The notes below the pieces were generated by a model that saw only the letters and a list, made by a program, of their open reading frames with translations, searched no databases and was not told the DNA's origin. A DNA stretch of 36,023 nt, taken from contig JAKAGE010000001.1 in assembly GCA_021817655.1 (NCBI GenBank), positions 1-36,023 on the forward strand, in the 5' to 3' direction. Source of the DNA: a bacterium. Its GTDB lineage: Bacteria; Patescibacteriota; Minisyncoccia; UBA6257; 2-01-FULL-56-20. The position numbers and the translations under genes are program-made. This document shows, piece after piece, positions 8,828-18,307 of the stretch; positions within the stretch are counted from its first letter, which is position 1; each line of letters starts with the position of its first letter.

Positions 8828-10089
8828 CCCTCGTATTCCCTGACGGTGAGCTGCGAATCCACTGCCCGCATCGTCTGGAGCGCGACCGCAACGACGATCA
8901 GAAGCGCGGTGCCGCTGATCGTGACGACCGAAAGGCCGGTCACCGACTGTACGATGATCGGAAGGATCGCGATGATCCCGAGGAACGCGGCACCGAAAAG
9001 CGTGATGCGATTCACGAGAGAGCCGAAATATTTTTCCGTGTTCTCGCCCGGACGGATGCCCGGGACGAAACCGCCGCTCCGCTGGAGATTTTTCGCGATC
9101 TCTTCCGGGTTGAATGTGATGGCCGTATAGAAGTACGTAAAGATGAATACGAGCAGGAAGAAGGTGATCCCGTAATACAGCTGGTTCGAGATGAATCCCT
9201 GCGCGAAATTATTGATCCGGAGCCCCCACGAGGCCGAGAATACCGCAACGATCTGCGCCAGGAACTGCGGGAAAAGCAGGACCGAAATGGCAAAGATGAG
9301 CGGGATCATTCCCGCGGAATTCACCTTGAGCGGGAGATAGCTCTGCGCGCCGCCATACATCTTGTTGCCGCGGACCCGACGGGCATATGCGACGGGGATC
9401 TTCCGCTCGCCTTCGTTCAGATATACCACGCCCGCAATGAGCGCCGCGCCGGCGACGATGAATCCAAGATACGACGTGAGAAGCTGAGGGGTGTAGGACG
9501 CGATCGCGACGCCGACGGCGCGGGGCAGGCCGGCGACGATGCCCGCCAAGATGATGAGCGAAACGCCATCTCCGACTTTCTGCTCGCTGATGAGCTCGCC
9601 GAGCCACAGCGCGATCATCGAACCGCACGTGATCACGATAACGTTCCGGACCATGCTGAACGCATCGGGACGCGGAATGACGCCCTGCGAAATGAGCAGG
9701 GTAAGGAACCCGTACGACTGGATGAAGGCGAACGGCACGGTGAGAAGGCGGGAATATTGATTGAACTTCGCCTGGCCCCGGGTCCCCTCCTCGTAGTACA
9801 TTTCCTTCATCTTCGGGAAGATGATCGTCATGAGCTGCATGACGATGGTGGACGTGATATACGGGCCCACGCCCAACATGACGACCGAAAGATTTGCAAG
9901 GCCGCCGCCGGAGAAAAAGTTAAGGAACCCGAGGAACTGGTTCGTGCTGAAATAATTCTGAAGCGCCTGGGCGTTCACTCCCGGTATCGGGATCGCCGCA
10001 AGCACGCGGTACGCCGCCAAAAGCCCCAGGACGATCAAGACCTTGTTGCGGACCTCCTTCACCCGGAATACCTGCAGCAACCGTTCCAT
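8818..10089 (-). CDS. secY: preprotein translocase subunit SecY, 423 aa
   Basis: Ten-TM profile, GVNAQALQ and GVGPYITSTIVMQL motifs, and its position after rplO. Confidence 0.95.
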   Translation of the reverse strand: MERLLQVFRVKEVRNKVLIVLGLLAAYRVLAAIPIPGVNAQALQNYFSTNQFLGFLNFFSGGGLANLSVVMLGVGPYITSTIVMQLMTIIFPKMKEMYYEEGTRGQAKFNQYSRLLTVPFAFIQSYGFLTLLISQGVIPRPDAFSMVRNVIVITCGSMIALWLGELISEQKVGDGVSLIILAGIVAGLPRAVGVAIASYTPQLLTSYLGFIVAGAALIAGVVYLNEGERKIPVAYARRVRGNKMYGGAQSYLPLKVNSAGMIPLIFAISVLLFPQFLAQIVAVFSASWGLRINNFAQGFISNQLYYGITFFLLVFIFTYFYTAITFNPEEIAKNLQRSGGFVPGIRPGENTEKYFGSLVNRITLFGAAFLGIIAILPIIVQSVTGLSVVTISGTALLIVVAVALQTMRAVDSQLTVREYEGIE

Positions 10090-10093
10090 ATCC

Positions 10094-10534
10094 TTATTGT
10101 ACGCTTCCGCCTGCTTTTTGGATCTTTTCCTTTGCGCTCACTGACACCTCGAATCCGGAAACGGCGATCGGGAATGCGATCTCGCCCGCGCCGAGGATCT
10201 TCACGCGTCCTTTATAGTCCTTTTTGATCATCTTTGCCGCACGAAGGAGCGCATACCCCACCGCGAGCGGCGCGCCCGCCGTGGCGTGCGCCTTGAGCTT
10301 TTCGGAAATGACGTTCAGATTGAAAACGACCGGCGCGGGAGCCTTCGGCTTATTGCGGAAGCCGCGCGCCTTCGGGATCTTAAGGATGATATCCCGCTCC
10401 GCCGGGCGTATACGATGGCCGGAACGCGAGCGCTGTCCCTTTACGCCCCGCCCCGAATAGCTGCCGCGCTTGCCGCTGCGGCCGATGCGCTGAAGGCGCT
10501 TCGCGCGGATAGGATTTCTTGAATGGAGTTTCAT
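10094..10534 (-). CDS. rplO: 50S ribosomal protein L15
   Basis: MKLHS...GRSGKRGSYSGRGVKGQRSRSG motif. The ORF start at 10555 is TTG, so the ATG at 10534 is preferred. Confidence 0.9.
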   Translation of the reverse strand: MKLHSRNPIRAKRLQRIGRSGKRGSYSGRGVKGQRSRSGHRIRPAERDIILKIPKARGFRNKPKAPAPVVFNLNVISEKLKAHATAGAPLAVGYALLRAAKMIKKDYKGRVKILGAGEIAFPIAVSGFEVSVSAKEKIQKAGGSVQ

Positions 10535-10576
10535 GATGGAATTTGTGTGTTGCAATTTGGAACCCGGCCGGATCGA

Positions 10577-11188
10577 TCAGGCCTTGAGCGTTTTCAGGGC
10601 TTCGATGGTCGCCATGGCGTTCGTCAGCTTGTTCGGCGTGCGGCCGAGGATCTTTGCCGTCGCGTCCTTGATGCCCGCGAACGCGAGCACGAAGCGGACC
10701 GATCCGCCGGCGCGGAGGCCGTGGCCTTTGCTCGCGGGCTTGATCATCACCTTGGCGGCGCTGTACTTGGCGCCGACCTCGTGGGCGATCGTGCGGCCGT
10801 CCTTGAGGCCGACCAGAACGAGATGCTTCTTCGCGTCCGCTTTCGCTTTCGCGACCGCCTGCTGCACATCGAGCCCCTTCGCCACGCCGATGCCGACGCG
10901 GCCCTTTTCATCCCCGATCACGATCGTGACGCGGAACCGGAAGCGCTTGCCGCCTGCGACCACGCGCGTAACGCGGCGATTGTCGAGCACGCGCTCCTTG
11001 AACTCATCGCGCACTACGGGGCGCATTCGATCCGGGCGGCGTCCGTACTGCGGGCCGCGCCCTCCACCCTGCGGGCGGCCGCCTTCCATCCGGCGGTCGG
11101 GCGTCTGCGCCTGGGGCTTGGTATTCATATTTTGGATATTGCTTTCGGCCATGCGGTTATATCGTAAGTCCTGATTTTTTTGCGCCAT
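10577..11188 (-). CDS. rpsE: 30S ribosomal protein S5 with a Gly/Arg-rich N-terminal extension
   Basis: VTRVVAGGKRFRFRVTIVIGD and GHGLRAGGSVR motifs. An alternative start at 11152 would avoid the 32-nt overlap with rplR. Confidence 0.9.
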   Translation of the reverse strand: MAQKNQDLRYNRMAESNIQNMNTKPQAQTPDRRMEGGRPQGGGRGPQYGRRPDRMRPVVRDEFKERVLDNRRVTRVVAGGKRFRFRVTIVIGDEKGRVGIGVAKGLDVQQAVAKAKADAKKHLVLVGLKDGRTIAHEVGAKYSAAKVMIKPASKGHGLRAGGSVRFVLAFAGIKDATAKILGRTPNKLTNAMATIEALKTLKA

Positions 11189-11531
11189 CGACGAAGCTCT
11201 TCACGCGGCCATGGAACTTGTACGAACGCCGATCGAAGACCGCCGCCCCGATGCCCTTCTCCTTCGCCTTCTTTCCGAGGAGCTCCCCGATCGCAAACGC
11301 ATTTTCGGACTTGGTCGTTTTCTTTCCGCCCGAAGCGGCCGCGCCCCCGAGCGAAAAGCTCGATGCGGAAACGATCGTGTGCCCCTTTGCGTCGTCGATC
11401 AGCTGTGCGTAGAAATAACGGTTGCTCCGGCGCACCGCAAGGCGCGGCCGCTCCGCGGTTCCGGTGATCTTTGCGCGGGTGCGCGCTGCGCGCCGCGAAC
11501 GCTTTACATTGAGTTTCTTGATTGCCTTCAT
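11157..11531 (-). CDS. rplR: 50S ribosomal protein L18
   Basis: RLAVRRSNRYFYAQLIDD and FDRRSYKFHGRVKSF motifs. Confidence 0.92.
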   Translation of the reverse strand: MKAIKKLNVKRSRRAARTRAKITGTAERPRLAVRRSNRYFYAQLIDDAKGHTIVSASSFSLGGAAASGGKKTTKSENAFAIGELLGKKAKEKGIGAAVFDRRSYKFHGRVKSFVDGAKKSGLTI

Positions 11532-11557
11532 GATGGTGATAATGGCGGATAAGACGA

Positions 11558-12100
11558 TTAGGCGCCGGTCCCCGCTTTCTTGCCGACCTTCCGCCGGATG
11601 ACCTCGCCGCGATAATGGATCCCTTTCCCCTTGTACGGTTCCGGCTTCTTCAGCGCGCGAATGTCCGCCGCCGCCTGGCCCACCGCATTCTTATCGATGC
11701 CCGAAACGGTGATGGCGTTCTTATCGATGGTGATCGTGACGTTCGCGGGAATCGGCCGGCGGACCGGAAGGGCATAGCCGAGGCGCAGCACAAGGTCCTT
11801 ACCTTCCGTCGCGGCGCCGTATCCGACGCCTTCGATCTCGAGCACCTTCGTGAATCCGTTCGTGACCCCTTCGATCGCGTTCGCAAGCAACGCCCACAGC
11901 GTTCCCTGTCCTGCGGTCGTTTTCGGGGCGGTGCCTGCGCCGCCCACCTGCGCCTGCTGCGCATCAATCGTCACTGCGGCGCCTTGCGGAACCTTGATCG
12001 CGAGCTCCCCTTTCGGGCCTTTGACCGTCACAACGCCGCCATGCTCTGCGATGGTAACGCCGGCGGGAATCGTGATGGGTTTTTTGATAAGACGGCTCAT
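11558..12100 (-). CDS. rplF: 50S ribosomal protein L6
   Basis: MSRLIKKPITIPAGV and KPEPYKGKGIHYRGE motifs. Confidence 0.93.
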   Translation of the reverse strand: MSRLIKKPITIPAGVTIAEHGGVVTVKGPKGELAIKVPQGAAVTIDAQQAQVGGAGTAPKTTAGQGTLWALLANAIEGVTNGFTKVLEIEGVGYGAATEGKDLVLRLGYALPVRRPIPANVTITIDKNAITVSGIDKNAVGQAAADIRALKKPEPYKGKGIHYRGEVIRRKVGKKAGTGA

Positions 12101-12125
12101 GGTGATAATAGTGGAATGAGAATCG

Positions 12126-12506
12126 CTACCAGACCTCGAAAAGATACTCTCCGCCGACCTTCTGCTTCTTCGCCTCCGCCCCGGTCATGATCCCCTTCGA
12201 GGTGGAAACGATCGAAAGCCCATGGCCCTGCTTGACCGTCGGCAGACTTCGGTAATCGGAATAGAAATGTCGGCTGGGCTTGCTCACGATCCTGAAATCG
12301 CTCATCGCCGCTTCCTTGCCCTTGTAGGCAAGGCGCACCGCGATCACGCTCATGCGTCCCGCGGCTTCCTTCTCCGCGCTCTTCACATAGCCGGCATCGG
12401 CAAGCTTCTTGAGGATGGCAAAGTCCATTTTGGAGTACGGGAAAACGACCCGATCCTTCTGGGCGCGCACCGCATTCTTCATTTCGGAAAGGATGTTGTA
12501 GTACAT
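12126..12506 (-). CDS. rpsH: 30S ribosomal protein S8
   Basis: Conserved position; GLSIVSTSKGIMT and GGEYLFEVW tail. Confidence 0.92.
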   Translation of the reverse strand: MYYNILSEMKNAVRAQKDRVVFPYSKMDFAILKKLADAGYVKSAEKEAAGRMSVIAVRLAYKGKEAAMSDFRIVSKPSRHFYSDYRSLPTVKQGHGLSIVSTSKGIMTGAEAKKQKVGGEYLFEVW

Positions 12507-12510
12507 AGGA

Positions 12511-12696
12511 TTACCAGCTCGCTTTCTTTACGCCCGGGATCTGCTGAGCGGTCGCCATTTCACGGAAGCAGATGCGGCACAGTCCGAAGTCGCGCATATA
12601 GCCGCGCTTGCGTCCGCAGCGGAAACAGCGCCGCACGACACGGGTCGAATACTTGGGGCGCTTTTTGCTGCGCGCGATGACGGATTCTTTTGCCAT
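12511..12696 (-). CDS. rpsN: 30S ribosomal protein S14, zinc-binding type Z, 61 aa
   Basis: [23 protein letters not shown], with CxxC...CxxC. Confidence 0.93.
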   Translation of the reverse strand: MAKESVIARSKKRPKYSTRVVRRCFRCGRKRGYMRDFGLCRICFREMATAQQIPGVKKASW

Positions 12697-12700
12697 ATGA

Positions 12701-13252
12701 TTATTTCTTCTTTCTCGCCCTTGCCTTCGCTTTTCCGGCCGGCGCCTCTTTCTTCATCGGAACGCCGAACTCCCGGAACTTCTCGACGGAAACATCGCGA
12801 TCCCGCTTCTTCGGCACCGCGCTCACGCCGAGCGCGAACGAGACCGGCGACTTCTCCGGCGAGATCTCCGGGAACACATAGTGGTCACGGATGCCGACGT
12901 TGAGCGTGCCGCCCTGGTCGATCGCCGAATGCTCGAGCCCGCCGAAGTCCCTCACGCGAGGCAACACTATTGTAATCAAACGCTCGAAAAAATCAACCAT
13001 TTTCTCTCGGCGAAGCGTCACACGAAGGCCGACAATGCCGCCCTCGCGGAGCTTGAATCCGGCGATGGACTCTTTCGCGCGGCGGATCTGGGCCTGCTGC
13101 CCCGTGATCGCGGCAATGTCGCGCATCACCTGCGGGAGGATCTTCTCCTCGAAGCTCGGCTGCTGGGCGAGGCGCCCGACGCCCGCGTCAACAACGACCT
13201 TCTCAAGATAGGCCCGGATCGCTTTTCGGTTGGTGTTCGTCTTTCCGGCCAT
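12701..13252 (-). CDS. rplE: 50S ribosomal protein L5
   Basis: The internal ATG at 13252 overlaps the rplX stop by 4 nt. KIVVDAGVG-type N-terminus and [14 protein letters not shown] motif. The upstream ORF extension is rejected. Confidence 0.92.
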   Translation of the reverse strand: MAGKTNTNRKAIRAYLEKVVVDAGVGRLAQQPSFEEKILPQVMRDIAAITGQQAQIRRAKESIAGFKLREGGIVGLRVTLRREKMVDFFERLITIVLPRVRDFGGLEHSAIDQGGTLNVGIRDHYVFPEISPEKSPVSFALGVSAVPKKRDRDVSVEKFREFGVPMKKEAPAGKAKARARKKK

Positions 13253-13254
13253 GG

Positions 13255-13560
13255 TTAAATGATTGCTTTGCACTTTTTGCAGTAACGGACCTTTCGATCG
13301 CCTTCGATGCGCCCGCCGACGCGGGTCGGCTGCTTGCAATTCGGGCAGATAAGCATCACTTTTGATGCCGCGATCGGACGCGCCACCGCGACGGTCTGGC
13401 CGCTCTCCCCCTGCATGCGGGGCTTTGCGCGCTTCTTGACGAGATTGAGGCCTTCGACCGTCACCCGCTCTTCGCGCGGGAACGCGGCGATGATCGCCCC
13501 CGTCTTTCCGCGGTCTTTGCCTACCATCATTTTTACGTTGTCTCCTTTCTTGAGTTTCAT
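13255..13560 (-). CDS. rplX: 50S ribosomal protein L24 with a four-Cys C-terminal zinc ribbon
   Basis: KOW motif KKGDNVKMMVGKDRGKTG. C-terminal CPNCKQPTRV...YCKKCK resembles the Thermus-type L24. Confidence 0.92.
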   Translation of the reverse strand: MKLKKGDNVKMMVGKDRGKTGAIIAAFPREERVTVEGLNLVKKRAKPRMQGESGQTVAVARPIAASKVMLICPNCKQPTRVGGRIEGDRKVRYCKKCKAII

Positions 13561-13574
13561 GGAAAAAATATCGG

Positions 13575-13943
13575 TTAGACGATCTCCTCTGCCATCGTCA
13601 TCAGCTTTTCATACCCTTTCTCCTTAAGCTCCCGCGGCAGCGGACCGAAGATGCGCGTCGCCGTGGGCTCCTTCTTGGCGTCGATGAGCACGACCGCATT
13701 CTCATCGAAGCGAACGTAGGAGCCGTCGCGCCGGCGGATCGCGTTCTTCGTGCGGACCACGAGCACCTTCACGACATCCTTCTTTTTGACCGGCTTGCGC
13801 GGCTCGGCGCTCTGCACCGATGCGACGATGATGTCGCCGACGCCCGCATAGCGGTGCCGCGTGCCGCCGAGGATGCGGAAGCACCGCACCACCTTGGCGC
13901 CGCTGTTGTCCGCTACTTTGATGACTGAACGTTCCTGTATCAT
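13575..13943 (-). CDS. rplN: 50S ribosomal protein L14
   Basis: MIQERSVIKVADNSGAK start. Confidence 0.95.
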   Translation of the reverse strand: MIQERSVIKVADNSGAKVVRCFRILGGTRHRYAGVGDIIVASVQSAEPRKPVKKKDVVKVLVVRTKNAIRRRDGSYVRFDENAVVLIDAKKEPTATRIFGPLPRELKEKGYEKLMTMAEEIV

Positions 13944-13953
13944 GGCTCGATGG

Positions 13954-14211
13954 TTATGCGATCTTGTTCACGATCTTCCAGCGCTTTTCCTTCGACATCG
14001 GGCGCGCCTCTTCGATGGTGACCTTATCCCCCGCCTTGTACTCGTTGTTCTCGTCGTGCGCCTTGAACTTGGCCGTCACGCGGTAATACTTCTGGTACTT
14101 CGGATGCTTCTTAAGGCGCTCCACGGCGACCACCCGGGTCTTCGTCATCTTGTCCGACACGACGACCCCGACGATCTTCCTCTTTTTCACTTGTTCTTTG
14201 GTGTTTGCCAT
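13954..14211 (-). CDS. rpsQ: 30S ribosomal protein S17
   Basis: [28 protein letters not shown] motif. Confidence 0.93.
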   Translation of the reverse strand: MANTKEQVKKRKIVGVVVSDKMTKTRVVAVERLKKHPKYQKYYRVTAKFKAHDENNEYKAGDKVTIEEARPMSKEKRWKIVNKIA

Positions 14212-14219
14212 TGTGATCC

Positions 14220-14438
14220 TTATTTACTGTTCGCCGATGGTGAAGCCGCTGCTTGCGCGATGAATGTCTTCGCGCGCGCGATCCGGCGGCGCGTCTCGTG
14301 CACTTCGTTCACGTTCTTCACCTTGCCCGCGGCGAGGTCGAAACGAAGCCCCCGGAGCTTCTCGCCCGATTCCGCAACGATGCGCTCGAGTTCGCCGAGC
14401 GACTTGTTCTTCAGTTCTTTGATGTCGTTCTTCTTCAT
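14220..14438 (-). CDS. rpmC: 50S ribosomal protein L29
   Basis: Position between rplP and rpsQ; [19 protein letters not shown] helix pattern. Confidence 0.88.
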   Translation of the reverse strand: MKKNDIKELKNKSLGELERIVAESGEKLRGLRFDLAAGKVKNVNEVHETRRRIARAKTFIAQAAASPSANSK

Positions 14439-14448
14439 GGCGATAAAA

Positions 14449-14859
14449 TTATTTTTCGATGACGCGGGCCTTTACCGGAAGCTTGAACGATGCAAGACGG
14501 AGCGCCTCCTTCGCCCGCACCGCCGTGACGCCATCGATCTCGAAAAGCACGCGTCCGGGCTTCACCGGGAACACATAATGGTCAACAGAGCCTTTGCCGC
14601 CGCCGAGCGTCTTCTCCGGCGCCTGCTGGGTGATCGGCTTATCGGGGAAGATGCGGATCCACAGGCGCCCATCGCGCTTGAGGTAGTTCGTGATCGTCTT
14701 TCGCGCCGCTTCGATCTGGCGGGAGTTCACCCACGCCGACTCGAGCGACTTGAGGCCGAACGAACCGTAGCTCAAATCGAGCCCGCGCGTCTCGACGGCG
14801 CGCGTGCGGGAGCGTCCCTTCTGCCATTTGCGATGTTTTACTTTCTTAGGAAGCAACAT
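14449..14859 (-). CDS. rplP: 50S ribosomal protein L16
   Basis: MLLPKKVKHRKWQKGR start. Confidence 0.95.
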   Translation of the reverse strand: MLLPKKVKHRKWQKGRSRTRAVETRGLDLSYGSFGLKSLESAWVNSRQIEAARKTITNYLKRDGRLWIRIFPDKPITQQAPEKTLGGGKGSVDHYVFPVKPGRVLFEIDGVTAVRAKEALRLASFKLPVKARVIEK

Positions 14860-14870
14860 GGTTCGGATGA

Positions 14871-15626
14871 TTAAAATCGGGGCGACGGACGGCGCATCGC
14901 GGGACGCATGCGGCCACCCTCCTCTTCTTTATCCTTCTCGGTCTTTTTGAAAACCTCGCCTTTATAGATCCAGACGCGGACGCCGATCGTGCCGTACGTC
15001 GTGTATGCGGTCGCCGTGCCGTAATCGATGTTCGCGCGAAGCGTCTGCAGCGGAAGCGAACCCTTCGAAAGGTGCTCATTGCGTGCGATCTCGTTGCCGT
15101 CAAGACGGCCTTTGAGCAGGACCTTCGCGCCTTTTACGTCGCGGTTCTGGAGAAGCCCCTCGAGATACTTCTTCATCGTGCGGCGGAAACGGATGCGCTT
15201 CTCGAGGTCCCAGGCGATCTGCTGGGCGGTGTATCTGGCGGAAACATCGGTGCGCTTGAGCTCCTCCACATTGAGGCTGAGCGCGATCTTTGCCGGCGCG
15301 CCTTTCTTGCCGCCGTTCTTCGGCGACGATTCGCGCACGCGGCGGATCGCGTCGACGACCGCCTTCTGAAGATCCTCCATCCCCTTTCCGCCGCGGCCGA
15401 TCACAAGGCCCGGACGCGCCGCGCGGATGAACACCCGGAGATTGCCCTGCGTGCGCTCGATCTCGATGTTCGCAACGCCGGCAAGGCCGATCCTCTTATT
15501 GATCGTCTTGCGGATCGCCTCATCCTCTTCAAGGAACTGCGCATAGCCGCCTTTAAGGAACCAGCGCACCGGCCAGCCCTTCGAAATTCCCAAGCGGTAT
15601 GAATTTGGATTGATCTTCTGTCCCAT
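14871..15626 (-). CDS. rpsC: 30S ribosomal protein S3
   Basis: MGQKINPNSYRLGI start, KH domain, and a basic C-terminal tail. Confidence 0.95.
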   Translation of the reverse strand: MGQKINPNSYRLGISKGWPVRWFLKGGYAQFLEEDEAIRKTINKRIGLAGVANIEIERTQGNLRVFIRAARPGLVIGRGGKGMEDLQKAVVDAIRRVRESSPKNGGKKGAPAKIALSLNVEELKRTDVSARYTAQQIAWDLEKRIRFRRTMKKYLEGLLQNRDVKGAKVLLKGRLDGNEIARNEHLSKGSLPLQTLRANIDYGTATAYTTYGTIGVRVWIYKGEVFKKTEKDKEEEGGRMRPAMRRPSPRF

Positions 15627-15636
15627 AATAGTGATG

Positions 15637-16152
15637 CTATTCGCCGATCGCTTTACGGCCGAAACGGCGCTTCCAGAATCCGGGGGCCTGCTTCGACTGC
15701 GGCTCCGCCTTATCGGGCGTCTTCGGCTTCTTGGCCTTCACGCGCGGGGCCTCCCCGGGCGGAAGCTTCGCCTTCTTCGGAGGAACGATCGTGAAGCGGG
15801 GCTTCAAGGATTCGTTCACGCCGAGTATCAGCGTCACGTGGCTCATCTTCTTCTGGATCGGAGACGCGCTCCCGCGCGCGCGCGGCAGGATGCGCTTCAG
15901 CATCGGGCCGCCATCCACATGGATGCCCGACACGAAAAGATGCTGAGGGTCCACGGTCTTGCTATTTTTAGCATTCGCGACCGCGGAACGCAAGAGCTTA
16001 AGGAGCGCTTTCGATGGGCGTCGCGTCTGGACCATGAGCTGCGCTTCCGCTTCGTTCACCGAAAGCCCCTTTACGAGGTTGGCAACGCTGCGCACCTTTC
16101 GGGGCGCCTGGCGAAGATAGCGGAGCGTTGCTTTATACTCGGTGGTTGCCAT
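15637..16152 (-). CDS. rplV: 50S ribosomal protein L22 with a Lys/Pro-rich C-terminal extension
   Basis: ATLRYLRQAPRKVRSVANLVKG and RILPRARGSASPIQKKMSHV motifs. Confidence 0.93.
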   Translation of the reverse strand: MATTEYKATLRYLRQAPRKVRSVANLVKGLSVNEAEAQLMVQTRRPSKALLKLLRSAVANAKNSKTVDPQHLFVSGIHVDGGPMLKRILPRARGSASPIQKKMSHVTLILGVNESLKPRFTIVPPKKAKLPPGEAPRVKAKKPKTPDKAEPQSKQAPGFWKRRFGRKAIGE

Positions 16153-16161
16153 GGTTCGATG

Positions 16162-16485
16162 TTATTTTTTTGCCGGTCCTTTCGCCGCGGGCGCCGGAGC
16201 CGCCGCTTTCATCTCAAGCTCTTTCTGCATCTTTCCCCCGTGGCGGACGAATTTGCGCGTCGGCGAGAACTCGCCCAGGCGATGACCCACCATCTCTTCG
16301 GTGACGCGGACCTCGATATGCGTGCGGCCGTTATGGACGCCGAACACATGCCCCACGAATTCGGGAGCGATCTCCGAGGCGCGCGACCAGGTCTTGATCA
16401 CCGTGCCGGAACCCGGCTTGGCGTTCATTACCTTCTTCATGAGCTTCGGATCGACGAACGGTCCTTTTTTGAGCGAGCGAGACAT
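16162..16485 (-). CDS. rpsS: 30S ribosomal protein S19
   Basis: [12 protein letters not shown] and [11 protein letters not shown] motifs. Confidence 0.95.
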   Translation of the reverse strand: MSRSLKKGPFVDPKLMKKVMNAKPGSGTVIKTWSRASEIAPEFVGHVFGVHNGRTHIEVRVTEEMVGHRLGEFSPTRKFVRHGGKMQKELEMKAAAPAPAAKGPAKK

Positions 16486-16503
16486 AGGAGTGGTGGTGCG
16501 ATA

Positions 16504-17352
16504 TTATTTGTTGTTCCGGTTGCGGACGCCGACGCGGCGCTTCACGATCAGCTTATTCGACCGCTTCTTCTTGTTGCGGGTCTTCCGGCCGCCGGTCACA
16601 TTGCCCCAGACGTCCTTCGGCTTGCGGGTGCCGCGCGGCTGCGCTCCTTCACCGCCGCCGTACGGATGGTCGACCGGGTTCATGGCGCTGCCGCGCACCG
16701 TCGGACGGATGCCCATCCAGCGCGAGCGGCCCGCCTTGCCGAAATTCACGAGCGTCCATTCCGCGTTCGAAACCTGCCCGAGCGACGCAAGGCACGTCCA
16801 AAGAACGCGCCGCACCTCTCCGGACTTCATCTTAAGGTCGGTGTATCCGTCGGCATTCGCGAGCACCTCCGCATACGTTCCCGCCGAACGCGCAAGCACG
16901 CCCCCCTGCCCCGGATTCATTTCGATATTGTAAACCTGATACCCCACTGGAATGTTGCGGAGCTGCATGCGGTTGCCGTTCTTGAGCGGCGCCGTCTCTC
17001 CGGTGACGATCTCATCTCCCGTCTTCATTTTCTCCGCCGCCAAGATATAGGAACGGGTCCCGTCCGCATACTGCACGAGCGCGATGAATGCCGTTCGGTA
17101 CGGATCGTATTCGATCGTCTGGACGGTCGCCTTCTCGTTCATCCGGTTCTGCTTGAAATCAATGATGCGATAGCGCTTCTTGTTCCCGCCGCCCTGATGG
17201 CGCACGGTGATCCGTCCCTGGGCATTGCGGCCAGCATTGGAGCGGAGCGTGACGAGCAGCGGCTTATGCGGACGCACGCCCTTCGTCAAAGTGCGGTAAT
17301 CGGCGGTCGTCATTTGGCGCCGCGAGGCGCTTGTGGGTTTATAGCTCTTCAT
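16504..17352 (-). CDS. rplB: 50S ribosomal protein L2
   Basis: RNAQGRITVRHQGGG and MNPVDHPYGGGEG motifs. Confidence 0.96.
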   Translation of the reverse strand: MKSYKPTSASRRQMTTADYRTLTKGVRPHKPLLVTLRSNAGRNAQGRITVRHQGGGNKKRYRIIDFKQNRMNEKATVQTIEYDPYRTAFIALVQYADGTRSYILAAEKMKTGDEIVTGETAPLKNGNRMQLRNIPVGYQVYNIEMNPGQGGVLARSAGTYAEVLANADGYTDLKMKSGEVRRVLWTCLASLGQVSNAEWTLVNFGKAGRSRWMGIRPTVRGSAMNPVDHPYGGGEGAQPRGTRKPKDVWGNVTGGRKTRNKKKRSNKLIVKRRVGVRNRNNK

Positions 17353-17356
17353 AGTG

Positions 17357-17635
17357 CTAGTTCAGATCGATCTTTTGGCCTTCTTTAATGGTGACGATGG
17401 CCTTCCGGTATCCCTCCGTGCGGCCCTTGATACCGCGGCCGGACCGCTTAACCTTCCCGGCGCGATTCAGGATGTTCACCGCGATCGGGTCCACGTTATA
17501 AAGCGCATGGATCGCCTTCTTCACCTCCGGCTTCGTCGCCGAGGATTTTACCATAAAAATATACTGATTGGAAGAGGTCAGCCGCGTCGCTTTCTCCGTG
17601 ATCCACGGTTTCTTGATGAGCATAGGGTCGGTCAT
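17357..17635 (-). CDS. rplW: 50S ribosomal protein L23
   Basis: Position between rplD and rplB; IKKPWITEKAT and KKAIVTIKEGQ motifs. Confidence 0.92.
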   Translation of the reverse strand: MTDPMLIKKPWITEKATRLTSSNQYIFMVKSSATKPEVKKAIHALYNVDPIAVNILNRAGKVKRSGRGIKGRTEGYRKAIVTIKEGQKIDLN

Positions 17636-17654
17636 GGCGATGAATGAAGATCGG

Positions 17655-18299
17655 TTATATCGTATAGTGCTTTTCGATGGTCTCGACCGCGCTCTTTTCG
17701 ATAAAAAGGTTCTTATGGTTCAGGATGTCGTAGATATTGAGGGAATCCGCTCCGATCGCCTGCGTCTTTTGGAGATTGTTCGTCGCCCGGAACAGGTTTT
17801 TGTTGTCATTACCCGAGACGAGGAGCGCATCGAATCGCTTTTCGCCCTTCTTCGGCGCGACGATCGCCGCGAGCGCCGCCGCCGCAAGCTTCGTTTTGGG
17901 CGATTCGATCGCGAGCGTGTCGAACACTTTGAGCTCGCCGTCCTTCGCTTTGCGCGAAAGAACCGCGAAGAGCGCGACGCGCTTCATCTTCTTGTTCACC
18001 TTCTGCGAATAATCACGCTCGTTGCGCGGACCATGCGCCTTGCCGCCGCCCACCCAGATCGGCGAGCGGGTGGATCCGTGCCGCGCCCGGCCGGTCCCCT
18101 TCTGGCGCCACGGCTTCTTGCCGCCGCCGCGCACCTCGCTGCGGTCCTTCACGTGCGCCCACGGCACGCGGGCGTTCGCGCGCTGGGCCTCGAGCACCTG
18201 CGCGACAAGCTTCGCGTTCCACTTCGCGCCGAACACGGCGTCCGGAAGCTCCACGCTTCCCACGACCTCGTTCTTCAAATTGTATACGTCCGTCTTCAT
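17655..18299 (-). CDS. rplD: 50S ribosomal protein L4
   Basis: GGGKKPWRQKGTGRARHGSTRSPIWVGGG motif. Confidence 0.95.
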   Translation of the reverse strand: MKTDVYNLKNEVVGSVELPDAVFGAKWNAKLVAQVLEAQRANARVPWAHVKDRSEVRGGGKKPWRQKGTGRARHGSTRSPIWVGGGKAHGPRNERDYSQKVNKKMKRVALFAVLSRKAKDGELKVFDTLAIESPKTKLAAAALAAIVAPKKGEKRFDALLVSGNDNKNLFRATNNLQKTQAIGADSLNIYDILNHKNLFIEKSAVETIEKHYTI

Positions 18300-18307
18300 G
18301 AATTTCG

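Noticed and set aside
13255-13350. The four-Cys zinc ribbon in L24 as a novelty.
   Set aside because: The same CxxC...CxxC C-terminal arrangement is known in Thermus-type L24, so it is a known variant and not new.
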